Assembly (NCBI GenBank): GCA_964400475.1
Contig: CAYNTH010000003.1
Coordinates: 3,283 to 67,282, forward strand
From: an uncultured archaeon
GTDB taxonomy: Archaea; Aenigmatarchaeota; Aenigmatarchaeia; CG10238-14; SCSR01
DNA: 64,000 bases
Direction of reading: 5' to 3'
The position numbers and the translations under genes were made by a program. Below are positions 27,202-37,236 of this stretch, piece after piece (position 1 is the first letter of the stretch; the number at the start of each line of letters is the position of its first letter). The notes under the pieces were generated by a model. That model worked only from the letters and a program-made list of their open reading frames with translations, was not told where the DNA came from and did no database searches.

Positions 27202-28284
27202 ATGACCAAGGTTTATGCAGAAGTTTATGGTTGTCCATCAAATATAGCCGATTATGAGATCTCTTTGGGACTCTTGAATAAAGCAGGGTTCGAATTCGTC
27301 GATTCCCCGAAAGAATCAGACATCAATATAATTTTTACATGTGTAGTGAAAGAACCGACTTCAAAAAGGATGGAATATGTTATCGGTAACATGGTAAAAT
27401 TGGATACACCGCTTCTAGTGGCTGGGTGTATGCCCAGGATATACCAAGATAAGATAAATATGTTGGCGCCAGATGCAAGTATGTTGGGACCAGATTCCAT
27501 AGAAAAAGTTGTCGATGTTGTTAATATGGTTTTGGACGGGGAAAGAGTGATATTTATAGAAAATTTACGTAAGTCCAAGATGGAGTTCGATAGATTGAGA
27601 AAATATGATGATGTTGGGATAATACCGATTTCAATTGGATGCAATCAGAAATGTACATATTGTTGTGTGAAGTTTGCAAGAGGCGAGCTATATTGTTACC
27701 CTCCAGAAGACGTCATTGATGATGTGAAAACTGCTGTGAATGATGGCTGTGATGAAATATGGATTACATCCCAAGATAACGCGTCTTATAATTATGATGG
27801 TATCAGATTACCCGAGTTTCTTGGTATGGTATGTGAAGTACCAGGTGATTTTATAATTAGGGTAGGTATGATGAATCCAACGTATCTTAAAGATGATAAG
27901 ATGTTGGATAATTTGTTGCATGTTTACAATAACAAAAAAATTAAGAAATTTTTGCATATACCCGTACAAAGTGGTTCTAACAGTGTCTTGAAATCAATGA
28001 AAAGAGGGTACAGTGTCGGAGATTTTAAAAATATTGTCAAAAGATTTAGAAAAGAAATACCGGATATATTCCTGAGCACGGATATCATAGTCGGGTTCCC
28101 CACTGAAACAGAGGACGATTTCCGAAAAACGATAGAATTGATTACTGAAATAAAACCGGATAATGTTAATGTGTCAAAATTCGGCCCCAGACCAGGTACA
28201 AAATCCGAAGAAATGAACCAGCTCGGTGAAGATATAATCAATAGGAGGAGTCGGGATTTGTATCACGTTATTTCTTCTCTTTGA
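27202..28284 (+). CDS. MiaB/MtaB-family radical-SAM methylthiotransferase lacking the C-terminal TRAM domain
   Basis: UPF0004 N-domain (VYAEVYGCPSNIAD), radical SAM CNQKCTYCCV. It ends after the radical-SAM core at 360 aa. Confidence 0.8.
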   Translation: MTKVYAEVYGCPSNIADYEISLGLLNKAGFEFVDSPKESDINIIFTCVVKEPTSKRMEYVIGNMVKLDTPLLVAGCMPRIYQDKINMLAPDASMLGPDSIEKVVDVVNMVLDGERVIFIENLRKSKMEFDRLRKYDDVGIIPISIGCNQKCTYCCVKFARGELYCYPPEDVIDDVKTAVNDGCDEIWITSQDNASYNYDGIRLPEFLGMVCEVPGDFIIRVGMMNPTYLKDDKMLDNLLHVYNNKKIKKFLHIPVQSGSNSVLKSMKRGYSVGDFKNIVKRFRKEIPDIFLSTDIIVGFPTETEDDFRKTIELITEIKPDNVNVSKFGPRPGTKSEEMNQLGEDIINRRSRDLYHVISSL

Positions 28285-29731
28285 GAACACTCTTGACTAT
28301 TTTTTTTACTTCCTGTGGATTTGATTTTCCACGGACCTTGCTCATCGTTATCCCATATAATTTATTTTCGGATAAGTCCGGATTTTCATCGAATACGTCT
28401 TTCACTATTTTTTCGATCTCTTTTTTTGATAACAGTTCTATGCCCAATTCTTTGATAGTATTTGACATAGAGTGATTCGGATTTTTAGATAAGTGAGTTA
28501 GGATTTCTATTATACTTTCCTTTACAATTCTATTTTTATTTAAGAACTTGAAAACATCCATAAAGTGTCCTTCTTTAAGATTATCTATTTCCACACCTCC
28601 CCTGCGTAATTCAACAAGAGATGAAGTGAATGTATTCGCAACTACCGTGTTGTCTACTTTCGGATATTTTTCGGTTATTTTTTCGAATAGTTCAAGATAA
28701 TCCGAACTTATGAGTTGGTTGGCAATATCTTCCGGGAGCTTAAATTCATCCTTGAGTTTTTCCAATTTATCTGTTAACGATTCCGGTAACCTTTGTTCAA
28801 TATCCTTGATCCATTTTTTATCTATACATATCGGCAATATATCCGTTTCTGGGTACATTCTAGCTGCGCCCGGTAATGGTCGGCTGAAATCTGTACTACC
28901 GTCCTCATTTGTAGATCTCGTCTCTTCTTTGACTTTATCCAGTTTGAGTTGTCTTTCAACTTCAAGTTTTACAACCTTTGAAAGCATTTTCAGATTTTGT
29001 ACCCCCTTGATTTCAACCCTGTTATCATTCTTAATACTGACATTTACATCCTGTCTTATACTGCCAATCCCGTGTTTGACTTTTCCTGTACTCCTGCAGG
29101 TTAATCCTATCATATATGCTATTTCTTGTATTTCTTCGGGTAGTAATCCAGTTAGTGTTCCAGTCGTGATTTCTACCAACGGTATTCCTAATCGATTAAG
29201 CCTGTAAATAGTTTTGTTTTTCCCCGTATTTACTCGTGCAGCAGAGTCTTCTTCCAAACAAATCTGATTTATTTCGATTTTTTTGTCATTGTATTTTAAC
29301 CAACCGTTTGTTCCTATCACCATCGTTCGTTGGAATGCACTGGGATTACTCCCATCAGTTATGGCCTTTCTCATCACTTGTATTTCATCGGGTATATCGC
29401 AGTTGAATAAAAGTGAAATTTCTATAGCGGTTTTTAGAGCATTTTTGTTCAATTTATGTGGTGGCTCCTCATCTATATCTACTAAACAGGTTTCTTCGTC
29501 GAATAATTGATAAATGAAATCCATATTTTTCATATGTTCATGTTTAGAAGCGATATCCACTTCGCCAAGCTCACTCATGACAGGATGTTGTTTTCTCTGA
29601 ATAGTTTTTTTGACTTCATCTTCTTTCATGCCAGTCGAACACTTACAGAATAATTTTTTATCAGTATCGAGCTGTTGATGGATTTCTAATCCTGCTTTTA
29701 ATTTTATTTTTTCATAATCTCTATTTTTCAT
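28268..29731 (-). CDS. gatE: Glu-tRNA(Gln) amidotransferase subunit E (short form)
   Basis: GLEIHQQLDTDKKLFCKCS, IRQDVNVSI, RPLPGAARMYPETD. Sits directly downstream of gatD. At 487 aa it is shorter than the ~600+ aa I recall for GatE. Confidence 0.8.
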   Translation of the reverse strand: MKNRDYEKIKLKAGLEIHQQLDTDKKLFCKCSTGMKEDEVKKTIQRKQHPVMSELGEVDIASKHEHMKNMDFIYQLFDEETCLVDIDEEPPHKLNKNALKTAIEISLLFNCDIPDEIQVMRKAITDGSNPSAFQRTMVIGTNGWLKYNDKKIEINQICLEEDSAARVNTGKNKTIYRLNRLGIPLVEITTGTLTGLLPEEIQEIAYMIGLTCRSTGKVKHGIGSIRQDVNVSIKNDNRVEIKGVQNLKMLSKVVKLEVERQLKLDKVKEETRSTNEDGSTDFSRPLPGAARMYPETDILPICIDKKWIKDIEQRLPESLTDKLEKLKDEFKLPEDIANQLISSDYLELFEKITEKYPKVDNTVVANTFTSSLVELRRGGVEIDNLKEGHFMDVFKFLNKNRIVKESIIEILTHLSKNPNHSMSNTIKELGIELLSKKEIEKIVKDVFDENPDLSENKLYGITMSKVRGKSNPQEVKKIVKSVLKEKK

Positions 29732-31114
29732 TTAGAGTTCCTCCAGTTTAGTCCTTTCACTAATCTCGCCAGATATATTTTCCAGCATCATTTTTTCAAC
29801 TTTTTTCATCGATTTCGTATGGCCCAATACCCACATAAGTTTGACAAGGGCGGTTTCTGGTGTCCAATCACAACCATTACCGATGATTCCTATGTTATCC
29901 AATATTCTGCCGGTTTCGTAGACATTCATGTTGAGTCTCCCGTATATGGTTTGTGGTGCGAATACGACCGGTATTCCGGAGTCAATCAACGACTTTAGTG
30001 AAGGTAGTATGCTTTTTGCCAATTTACTTCCCTTCGGGTTGGTTGGAACGTGTCCAAGTCCTGTTGCAGCAATTACAATTCCGTCATAAAAATCTGAAAG
30101 CTTTTCTACAAATTTTGGTTTCAATCCGGGATGACTATAAATAATCCCAACATCTGGATTAATTTTATTATCTAGTTTTACCTTCCCTTTACTGCGTTTA
30201 TTATAATCATCTCTTAAGTATTCTATCTCCCTGTTTTCGTATTGTATCTTAGCAAATGGCTCGGCATTTATACTTCTGAACGTGTCTCTTCTACTCGTGT
30301 GCATCTTTCTTACCTTAGTACCTTGGTGAAATATGCAATAGTTGTCAGATGTTGTTCCATGCATACATATACCAACTTCAGCAATTTCGGATTCTGCTGC
30401 AATCGTGGACGAGCATATTAAATTCATAGAATTATCACTGCTACCTCTGTCAGAACTCCTCTGAGATCCGACTAATACGATAGGAATTGACGGATTCTGG
30501 ACCATGAAACTGAGGGCTGCGGCTGTATAGTGCATTGTGTCAGTACCATGCATCAATACTATTCCGTCAGATTTTGATTTTATCTCCTTCACGACTTCCT
30601 TTGAGATAATCTTCCAGTGTTCCGGAGTCATATCTTCTGAAAAAATATTGAACAATTTCCTAGCTTTAACATTCGCTATGTTCTTTAGTTCTGGAAAACT
30701 GATTAACATATCATCTGGTGAAAATGCTGGGAATACGGCGCCTGTTTTATAATCAACTCGGCTGGCTATTGTACCTCCTGAACCCAGAATCGATATTGTT
30801 GGTTTTTTCGGGTCTTTTTTTACCTTTATCTTGGATTCCTTGAACTCTATCTTTTTTCCACCTTTCATTTTTTCGATTTTTACGCCTTTTTCGTATCTAA
30901 TCCCTATGTTATAGCCGTTATCCAGTTTTATAACAATCGAATTATCGTCGCCCACGTCTATTTTGGGTATGAGAATGCCCTCATATTCTTTTTCACCCTT
31001 CTTGATTTTAATTCTATTGCCGGTTTTTATTTTCTTCTTCTTGAACATCTTGTCGAGTTTCTTCGAATACAAACAATCACTAAATAATTTATGAATTACG
31101 GAATTATAAAACAA
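29732..31114 (-). CDS. gatD: Glu-tRNA(Gln) amidotransferase subunit D
   Basis: N-terminal GatD beta-domain (IVIKLDNGYNIGI) plus an asparaginase fold (GGTIASRVDYKTG, HGTDTMHYTAA). The true start is probably the internal MFKKKK about 22 codons downstream. Confidence 0.9.
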   Translation of the reverse strand: MFYNSVIHKLFSDCLYSKKLDKMFKKKKIKTGNRIKIKKGEKEYEGILIPKIDVGDDNSIVIKLDNGYNIGIRYEKGVKIEKMKGGKKIEFKESKIKVKKDPKKPTISILGSGGTIASRVDYKTGAVFPAFSPDDMLISFPELKNIANVKARKLFNIFSEDMTPEHWKIISKEVVKEIKSKSDGIVLMHGTDTMHYTAAALSFMVQNPSIPIVLVGSQRSSDRGSSDNSMNLICSSTIAAESEIAEVGICMHGTTSDNYCIFHQGTKVRKMHTSRRDTFRSINAEPFAKIQYENREIEYLRDDYNKRSKGKVKLDNKINPDVGIIYSHPGLKPKFVEKLSDFYDGIVIAATGLGHVPTNPKGSKLAKSILPSLKSLIDSGIPVVFAPQTIYGRLNMNVYETGRILDNIGIIGNGCDWTPETALVKLMWVLGHTKSMKKVEKMMLENISGEISERTKLEEL

Positions 31115-31120
31115 ATTGAT

Positions 31121-32785
31121 TTATTCTGTTGAAGCTGCTGCTTTTATAAATCCTTTGAACAGTGAATTAGGTTTTAGAGGCCTTGATGTGAATTCCGGAT
31201 GGAATTGGGATCCTATGAAGAATGGATGTTCGGGCAGTTCTCCTATCTGCATGACTCTTTCACCTTTAGTGTATTTGTCATCAGCTTCTCCAGAAAATAC
31301 GAAACCGTTTTTTTCCAGGATGTCGATATATTTTGGATTTATCTCGTACCTGTGTCTAAATCGTTCAGTTACTTCTTTCTTTCCGTATAATTTCCTTGCA
31401 AGCGTGTTTGTCTTTATTTTTGTAGTTTGTCCTCCCAATCTCATGGTTGCACCGTATTTCGATTCTTCTATTAGTTTTCTCTGCCATGGCAAGAAATCCA
31501 CAACAGGATTTTCAGTATTTTCGTTTATTTCAGTGGAATGAGCATCTTCAATATTACACACATTCCTGGCAAATTCTATTACAGCCAATTGCAATCCAAA
31601 ACACAGACCCAGATATGGTATATTATTTTCTCTCGCGAATTTTATCGCCTTTATTTTTCCTTCCACACCAGAGCTTCCGAACCCTCCAGGGACTATTATA
31701 CCATCCATCTCGTTTAGAATATCCAATTTTTTATCATCCTTTTCAAAATCCTTAGCATCTATCCAATTTACCTCGGATTTTATATTGTTCGCAGCTGATG
31801 CGTGTTTTATCGCCTCCAAAACGGATACATATGAATCCGGTAATTTGTAATCCCCTATATCTACGTACTTGCCGACTACCCCGATTTGTATGGCTTTTTT
31901 GGGGTTGTTGGTAGAATCAACGAATTTTTTCCAATCTTTCAAATCGGATTCCTTTTCTTCCATTCCAAACTTTTTCAATATCTTATTCCCAAAATTCTGT
32001 TTTTTGAATTCCATCGGGATTTCGTATATATTCTTCACATCCGGGTTTGACAATATACAGTCCTTCTCTATGCTGCAGAATAACGATATCTTGTTGATCC
32101 TCGGCTCATCCAATTCATTTTCAGATCTACAAACTATGAAATCTGGTTGTATCCCGAGCTCACGCAGAGCCCTTACAGAATGTTGGGTGGGTTTTGTTTT
32201 CATTTCTCCCAGGGATTTCAATAACGGTAGATATACGACGTGTACGAACATTGTGTTGTTTTTTTCCATCTTGAGCTGTCTGGCAGCTTCCAGAAATAAT
32301 ACGTTCTCATAATCGCCTACAACTCCGCCTATCTCTATGAGAACAAAGTCTACATCATTTTCATCAGATACTCTCTTTATCCTCCTTTTTATCTCGTCCG
32401 TTATGTGGGGTATTGGTTGAACGGTTTTTCCCAAATATTCTCCCCTCCGCTCTTTATCTATCACTTCTTTGTAGACTTGTCCGGTTGTTATATTGTGGTC
32501 CTTGCTGATAGTCTGGTTCATGAATCTCTCATAATGTCCTAAATCTTGGTCTATCTCACCACCGTCTTCGGTTACCCAAACCTCCCCATGTTCAGTGGGT
32601 CTGAGTGTACCAGCATCGTAATTTATATATGGATCTATCTTTATTGCGGTAACTTTGTGGCCTTTTGATTTGAGAAGTAGTCCTAATGAAGATGTTGTTA
32701 TTCCCTTGCCCAATCCAGAAACAACACCACCTGTAACAAAAATATATTTCGTGCCGTTTTTGTTGTAAGTAGAATTTGTTTGCAT
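31121..32785 (-). CDS. pyrG: CTP synthase
   Basis: KYIFVTGGVVSGLGKG; GATase domain with GLCFGLQ; HRYE. Confidence 0.95.
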   Translation of the reverse strand: MQTNSTYNKNGTKYIFVTGGVVSGLGKGITTSSLGLLLKSKGHKVTAIKIDPYINYDAGTLRPTEHGEVWVTEDGGEIDQDLGHYERFMNQTISKDHNITTGQVYKEVIDKERRGEYLGKTVQPIPHITDEIKRRIKRVSDENDVDFVLIEIGGVVGDYENVLFLEAARQLKMEKNNTMFVHVVYLPLLKSLGEMKTKPTQHSVRALRELGIQPDFIVCRSENELDEPRINKISLFCSIEKDCILSNPDVKNIYEIPMEFKKQNFGNKILKKFGMEEKESDLKDWKKFVDSTNNPKKAIQIGVVGKYVDIGDYKLPDSYVSVLEAIKHASAANNIKSEVNWIDAKDFEKDDKKLDILNEMDGIIVPGGFGSSGVEGKIKAIKFARENNIPYLGLCFGLQLAVIEFARNVCNIEDAHSTEINENTENPVVDFLPWQRKLIEESKYGATMRLGGQTTKIKTNTLARKLYGKKEVTERFRHRYEINPKYIDILEKNGFVFSGEADDKYTKGERVMQIGELPEHPFFIGSQFHPEFTSRPLKPNSLFKGFIKAAASTE

Positions 32786-32837
32786 AGTAAATAATAATAT
32801 TTAACAAAAATAAGGATTTCGGCGTAAGAAATATAAG

Positions 32838-34016
32838 TTATTTTCTGGTTATAATTTCTATGACATCGTTATTTTTTAATTCATGTGACGCTGATAGTTT
32901 TCTTTTAGTTCTTGCATCAACACCGCATATGAATTTGTCCCCGAGGTCGGTATGTACTTTGTAAGCCAATTCCTTTACCGTGGTTCCCCTTGGAATTATA
33001 AGTGAATCTGGTAATACATTTCCATCTTTGTCGGTCAGGTCGTTCTTATTTGCCACAGGATAAACGACGATGTTGTCCAGTATATCGATGACCGCCTTGT
33101 TCAAACATTTCTGGACACCCGTATGGCCGTATTTACCCAGGATTCTCATCTTTATAAAATCAAGTGCCTTTTTTTGTTCCTTTTCCAATTCTTTTTCGGT
33201 TGTGAAACTGTTCCCTGGTAGATAATGTATGTATCCATTTTCATCCGCCCTTTTCAATGCGATTTCGGTCTCAGCACTGGTGGGTACGATATTATCATAT
33301 TTTTCCTTCAAATCCTCGAAATTATCCTGCGCCTTTGATAGGTCTACTTTATTGGCTGCTATGATTATCGGTTTCGATGTTTTCCTGAGTTCCCCTGCAA
33401 AATTTAGAATACTGCTGCTATCCTTTAGATCCAATTTATCCACTTTATCCAATGCCGATTCGATTTCCTGTTTGTCAATACTCAGTCCAGATAATTGTTC
33501 TGATAGAATCTTCGATAGATCCGATTTGCCAGCTTTCGACAATTTTCTTTCAAATTTTTTCAATGCCTTTTCTATTATTGTTGAAAACCATAGATCTATC
33601 TCCCTTTCCAAAAATTCTATGTCATCGATCGGGTCTCCTTCCCCAGGATTTCCTTCTTGGTCGGTTTCCCCTGTTGCATCAACTATGTGTATCAGTGCAG
33701 ATGCCTGTCTGAGGTCGTCGAGAAACTGGTTCCCAAGTCCTCTGCCTTTATGCGCATCTGGCACAAGTCCTGCAACATCTACAACTTTTACAGGGATATA
33801 TCTCTTGCCGTTTTTACAATGGCCATGTTTTGGGTTGCATTCTACTCCGAATTCTTGACAAACGCAATCTACTATTATATTGCCTACACCAACATTTGGT
33901 TCTATTGTGGTGAAAGGGATACTAGATATTTTTACATCTATCATAGTGATTGCTTTAAACATCGTTGATTTCCCTGAACTGGGCTTACCGACAAGGCCTA
34001 TCATCATTTTTTTCAA
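32838..34016 (-). CDS. ychF: YchF/OLA1-type Obg-like ATPase/GTPase with TGS domain
   Basis: GLVGKPSSGKSTMF, DVAGLV, NKVD. C-terminal TGS-like region TVKELAYKVHTDLGDKF. Confidence 0.75.
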   Translation of the reverse strand: MKKMMIGLVGKPSSGKSTMFKAITMIDVKISSIPFTTIEPNVGVGNIIVDCVCQEFGVECNPKHGHCKNGKRYIPVKVVDVAGLVPDAHKGRGLGNQFLDDLRQASALIHIVDATGETDQEGNPGEGDPIDDIEFLEREIDLWFSTIIEKALKKFERKLSKAGKSDLSKILSEQLSGLSIDKQEIESALDKVDKLDLKDSSSILNFAGELRKTSKPIIIAANKVDLSKAQDNFEDLKEKYDNIVPTSAETEIALKRADENGYIHYLPGNSFTTEKELEKEQKKALDFIKMRILGKYGHTGVQKCLNKAVIDILDNIVVYPVANKNDLTDKDGNVLPDSLIIPRGTTVKELAYKVHTDLGDKFICGVDARTKRKLSASHELKNNDVIEIITRK

Positions 34017-34088
34017 CTGATTCTTTTATAAATTTATCCAAAGAAAACTTATGAGTTGAAATATATAGTATTAACTGAATGTGAGTAC

Positions 34089-35879
34089 ATGTCTGACAAA
34101 AAAACAAACAGAATAGCAGTGATAGACAGGGAATTGTGTAAGCCAAATAAATGTCAAATGGTTTGTGTGAAAAGTTGTCCCATAGTGAGGAGTGGAGAAG
34201 ACTGTATTTTTTATGAGGAGGTCGAGGGAAAGAAGGTCATCGGGATAGACGAGGAGATGTGTGTTGGGTGTGGGATATGTGTTAAGAAATGTCCTTTCGA
34301 TGCACTTTCAGTGGTTAATTTGCCTAAGGAGTTGGAAGAGAGTCCGATACATCGATATGAGCCAAATGGATTTGCACTTTACAGGCTACCGTTCCCATCC
34401 AAGAATGAAATTGTCGGAATTGTTGGTCCGAATGGGGTTGGTAAGACAACTGCGCTTAGAATATTGTCAGGTGAAATTTCGCCAAATCTGGGGGTATTCG
34501 ATGAGAAAGTCGATTTGTCCGATGCTATCGAAATATTCAGAGGAACGGAGATGCAATCTTATCTGGAAGATTTGGGTGATAGTGATATAAAGACATCCAT
34601 AAAACCACAACGGGTGGACCAATTACCCAAAATATATGACGGCTCGGCTATTGATTTGTTGGAAAAAATTGACGAACGTGGTATAGTGGACGATTTGATC
34701 AAGGAGTTCGGTATTGATAATATAAGGGATAGGGACATATCCAAGCTTTCGGGTGGAGAACTTCAACGTATTGCAATTATAGCTTGTATAGCAAGGGATG
34801 CAGATATCTATTATTTCGATGAACCAACAAGTTTTTTGGACGTGTTCCAGAGATTGAAGATAGCCAAGCTCATAAGAAAGTACTGTAGGGACAAATCCGT
34901 TATGATAGTTGATCACGATTTGGCCACCTTGGATTTCATGGCAGACCGGATTCATATATTCTACGGTGTTCCCGGTGTTTATGGTGTAGTATCTAAACCC
35001 AAAGGGGTGAGAGTTGGAATTAATACATTCTTAGACGGGTACATAAAGGAGGATAACGTTAGATTCAGAGAATCACCAATCAGATTTTCGGATTTGGAGC
35101 TCGTTGAAAGGCAGATTTCGCCCGAGATTGTCGTATCATTTGATGATATAGTAAAAAAATTCAACGAATCGTTTAATTTGACGATTGGTTCTGGTAGCAT
35201 ACACAAGAAAGAGATATTGGCCGGATTGGGTGCGAACGCATTAGGTAAGACAACATTCGCCAAAATAATCGCTGGAGAAATCGAACCAGAGAAGGGTGAG
35301 ATGAGCGAGAATGTAACCATATCATATAAACCACAGTATATCAGGACGGATTTCAGTGGTAGAACCGAAGATTTAATAGAAACCGTAGCTTCAATTACGA
35401 GTGATTTAAAAATAGAGATAATTAGGCCATTGGGATTGGAACGGTTGTTGGATAAGAATGTTGATGATTTATCTGGTGGTGAATTACAGAGAGTCGCAAT
35501 TGCAATGTGTCTTTCGCGAGATGCTGATTTGTATTTGCTAGACGAACCATCGGCGTTTCTGGATGTCGAACAGAGATTATCACTCACGAAATTATTGGAT
35601 AGGGTGATAAATGTCAGAGAAAAGGCCGCATTTGTTATAGATCATGACTTGTTGTTTTTGAGCCAGGTCGGTCATCGTGGTATGGTATTTATTGGCGAAC
35701 CGTCCGTGGAAGGAAAAGTCGATGGTATAATCGATATGAAGGATTCTCTTAACAAATTCTTGGAGCGTGTTGGTGTAACATTCCGAAAGGATCCACAAAC
35801 CGGCCGACCGAGAGCAAACAAGCCTGAATCACAACTTGATAGAGAACAAAAGGACGATGGCAATTACTTCGAGATTTAA
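34089..35879 (+). CDS. abce1: ABCE1 / RNase L inhibitor ribosome-recycling ATPase
   Basis: N-terminal 2x[4Fe-4S] region (CKPNKCQMVCVKSCP, CVGCGICVKKCP) and two ABC cassettes (GPNGVGKTT, LSGGELQR twice). The track ORF begins at 34056; ATG 34089 (MSDKKTNRIAVID) is preferred. Confidence 0.95.
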   Translation: MSDKKTNRIAVIDRELCKPNKCQMVCVKSCPIVRSGEDCIFYEEVEGKKVIGIDEEMCVGCGICVKKCPFDALSVVNLPKELEESPIHRYEPNGFALYRLPFPSKNEIVGIVGPNGVGKTTALRILSGEISPNLGVFDEKVDLSDAIEIFRGTEMQSYLEDLGDSDIKTSIKPQRVDQLPKIYDGSAIDLLEKIDERGIVDDLIKEFGIDNIRDRDISKLSGGELQRIAIIACIARDADIYYFDEPTSFLDVFQRLKIAKLIRKYCRDKSVMIVDHDLATLDFMADRIHIFYGVPGVYGVVSKPKGVRVGINTFLDGYIKEDNVRFRESPIRFSDLELVERQISPEIVVSFDDIVKKFNESFNLTIGSGSIHKKEILAGLGANALGKTTFAKIIAGEIEPEKGEMSENVTISYKPQYIRTDFSGRTEDLIETVASITSDLKIEIIRPLGLERLLDKNVDDLSGGELQRVAIAMCLSRDADLYLLDEPSAFLDVEQRLSLTKLLDRVINVREKAAFVIDHDLLFLSQVGHRGMVFIGEPSVEGKVDGIIDMKDSLNKFLERVGVTFRKDPQTGRPRANKPESQLDREQKDDGNYFEI

Positions 35880-35915
35880 TAAGAAATAAAAGGTTCGGTA
35901 TTGGTTAGTTTTAAC

Positions 35916-36308
35916 ATGAAAGTATACGTATTATGTCCTGACGGGAATAATAGGGGAGAGATTTATGTTCCTGGTCAAGGATATCTATACTTGAATTTGG
36001 ATGATCCGATATTATATGATTCTGCATCTATTCGATACGGGAGACATCCCAGCGAAAATTTCAAAATATTAGATAATAGTGATTATAGGCCTATTGATAT
36101 CGATGATGATTTGATTATGGACGTTGTTGATAGATTAAGACGTGTGGACAATGTGAAGCGAGATATCACATCGTTGGAAACTGAACGCACACGCTTTTTG
36201 AAAGCATACAGATACAAGAAAGAATCTAAGTGTTCCGATTTGGAAAAATTAAAAGAATCCTTGAGTTCCCCCATATCCATGGTTAAAGAAAAAATAGATT
36301 CTGATTAA
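35916..36308 (+). CDS. Hypothetical protein
   Basis: 130-aa ORF taken from ATG 35916. No motif recognised. Confidence 0.35.
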   Translation: MKVYVLCPDGNNRGEIYVPGQGYLYLNLDDPILYDSASIRYGRHPSENFKILDNSDYRPIDIDDDLIMDVVDRLRRVDNVKRDITSLETERTRFLKAYRYKKESKCSDLEKLKESLSSPISMVKEKIDSD

Positions 36309-36309
36309 A

Positions 36310-36573
36310 TTATTCACAGAACCCTCTTATTTCATTCACGAGTCTTTCAATATTCTGTAATCTGGCGTTTATTGCCTCGTGCTGTATTCTCATGTTTTCG
36401 ATTTGAGAGTGGATTATCTCGACCTCCGCTTTTAATCCTGACATGTTGTCGCTCTTTGTAATTGGCGTTGTACTTAATTCCCGCGTCGCACTTCTTCTTT
36501 CTGGCAATCGTGGGTCATCGAGTGTCGATTTTTTTCTCGTGAACAATCTTTTTATCCTATCTATTATTCCCAT
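36310..36573 (-). CDS. Hypothetical small coiled-coil protein
   Basis: 87 aa with a C-terminal heptad-like helix. Confidence 0.35.
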   Translation of the reverse strand: MGIIDRIKRLFTRKKSTLDDPRLPERRSATRELSTTPITKSDNMSGLKAEVEIIHSQIENMRIQHEAINARLQNIERLVNEIRGFCE

Positions 36574-36635
36574 ATGATTAATTTTCGGTTTTGGACTAAA
36601 TTAAATTTATGTAATCACAAATTTCTACCATAGTT

Positions 36636-37235
36636 ATGCACCCAAAAACATACTTAGAACATTTTTATGATTATGAGGATGAACTGAGGAACAGAGCTGA
36701 AAAAACCGGCATAACAATTACTGTTTCTGGTCCTTCTTCATCGGGAAAGACCACAATATGTAAGGAATTATCCGATAGATTTGGTCTGAAGTATGTATCG
36801 GCTGGTAAGATATTCAGGGAATATGCGAAGGAAAGAAATATGCCGATTGAAAAATTTTCCAAAGTTCGTGATAAGATCGTGGATTATGAGATAGACAAGC
36901 AGACATTGAAAGAAGCCATGACAGGTGGTTGTGTAATGGATGGCCGGCTGAGTGGGTGGGTAGCTGGGGATTGGGCTGATATTAAGATATACGTAGAGTG
37001 TAACGCTGTTACAAGAGCTAAAAGGTATTCTAAAAAGATGGATATTGACTTTGAAGATGCGCTGAGGAAAATCGAAAAAAGAGACAAACATGATAATGGA
37101 AAGTATCTAAAATTATACGGTGTTGATTTGTTCGACAAATCGATATATGATGTAATAATTGTTAACGAGAGCATGTCAATCCGTGAATTCAAAAAAGTTG
37201 CAATTGAGAAAGTTAAAGAGCTTTTGGACGAATGA
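36636..37235 (+). CDS. cmk: Archaeal-type cytidylate (CMP) kinase
   Basis: ITVSGPSSSGKTTICKELSDRFGLKYVSAGKIFRE, DGRLSGW. Confidence 0.75.
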   Translation: MHPKTYLEHFYDYEDELRNRAEKTGITITVSGPSSSGKTTICKELSDRFGLKYVSAGKIFREYAKERNMPIEKFSKVRDKIVDYEIDKQTLKEAMTGGCVMDGRLSGWVAGDWADIKIYVECNAVTRAKRYSKKMDIDFEDALRKIEKRDKHDNGKYLKLYGVDLFDKSIYDVIIVNESMSIREFKKVAIEKVKELLDE

Positions 37236-37236
37236 T

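Noticed and set aside
33229-33968. Plus-strand ORFs (86-209 aa) within the ychF locus.
   Set aside because: Antisense to a gene with clear G1/G3/G4 and TGS motifs.
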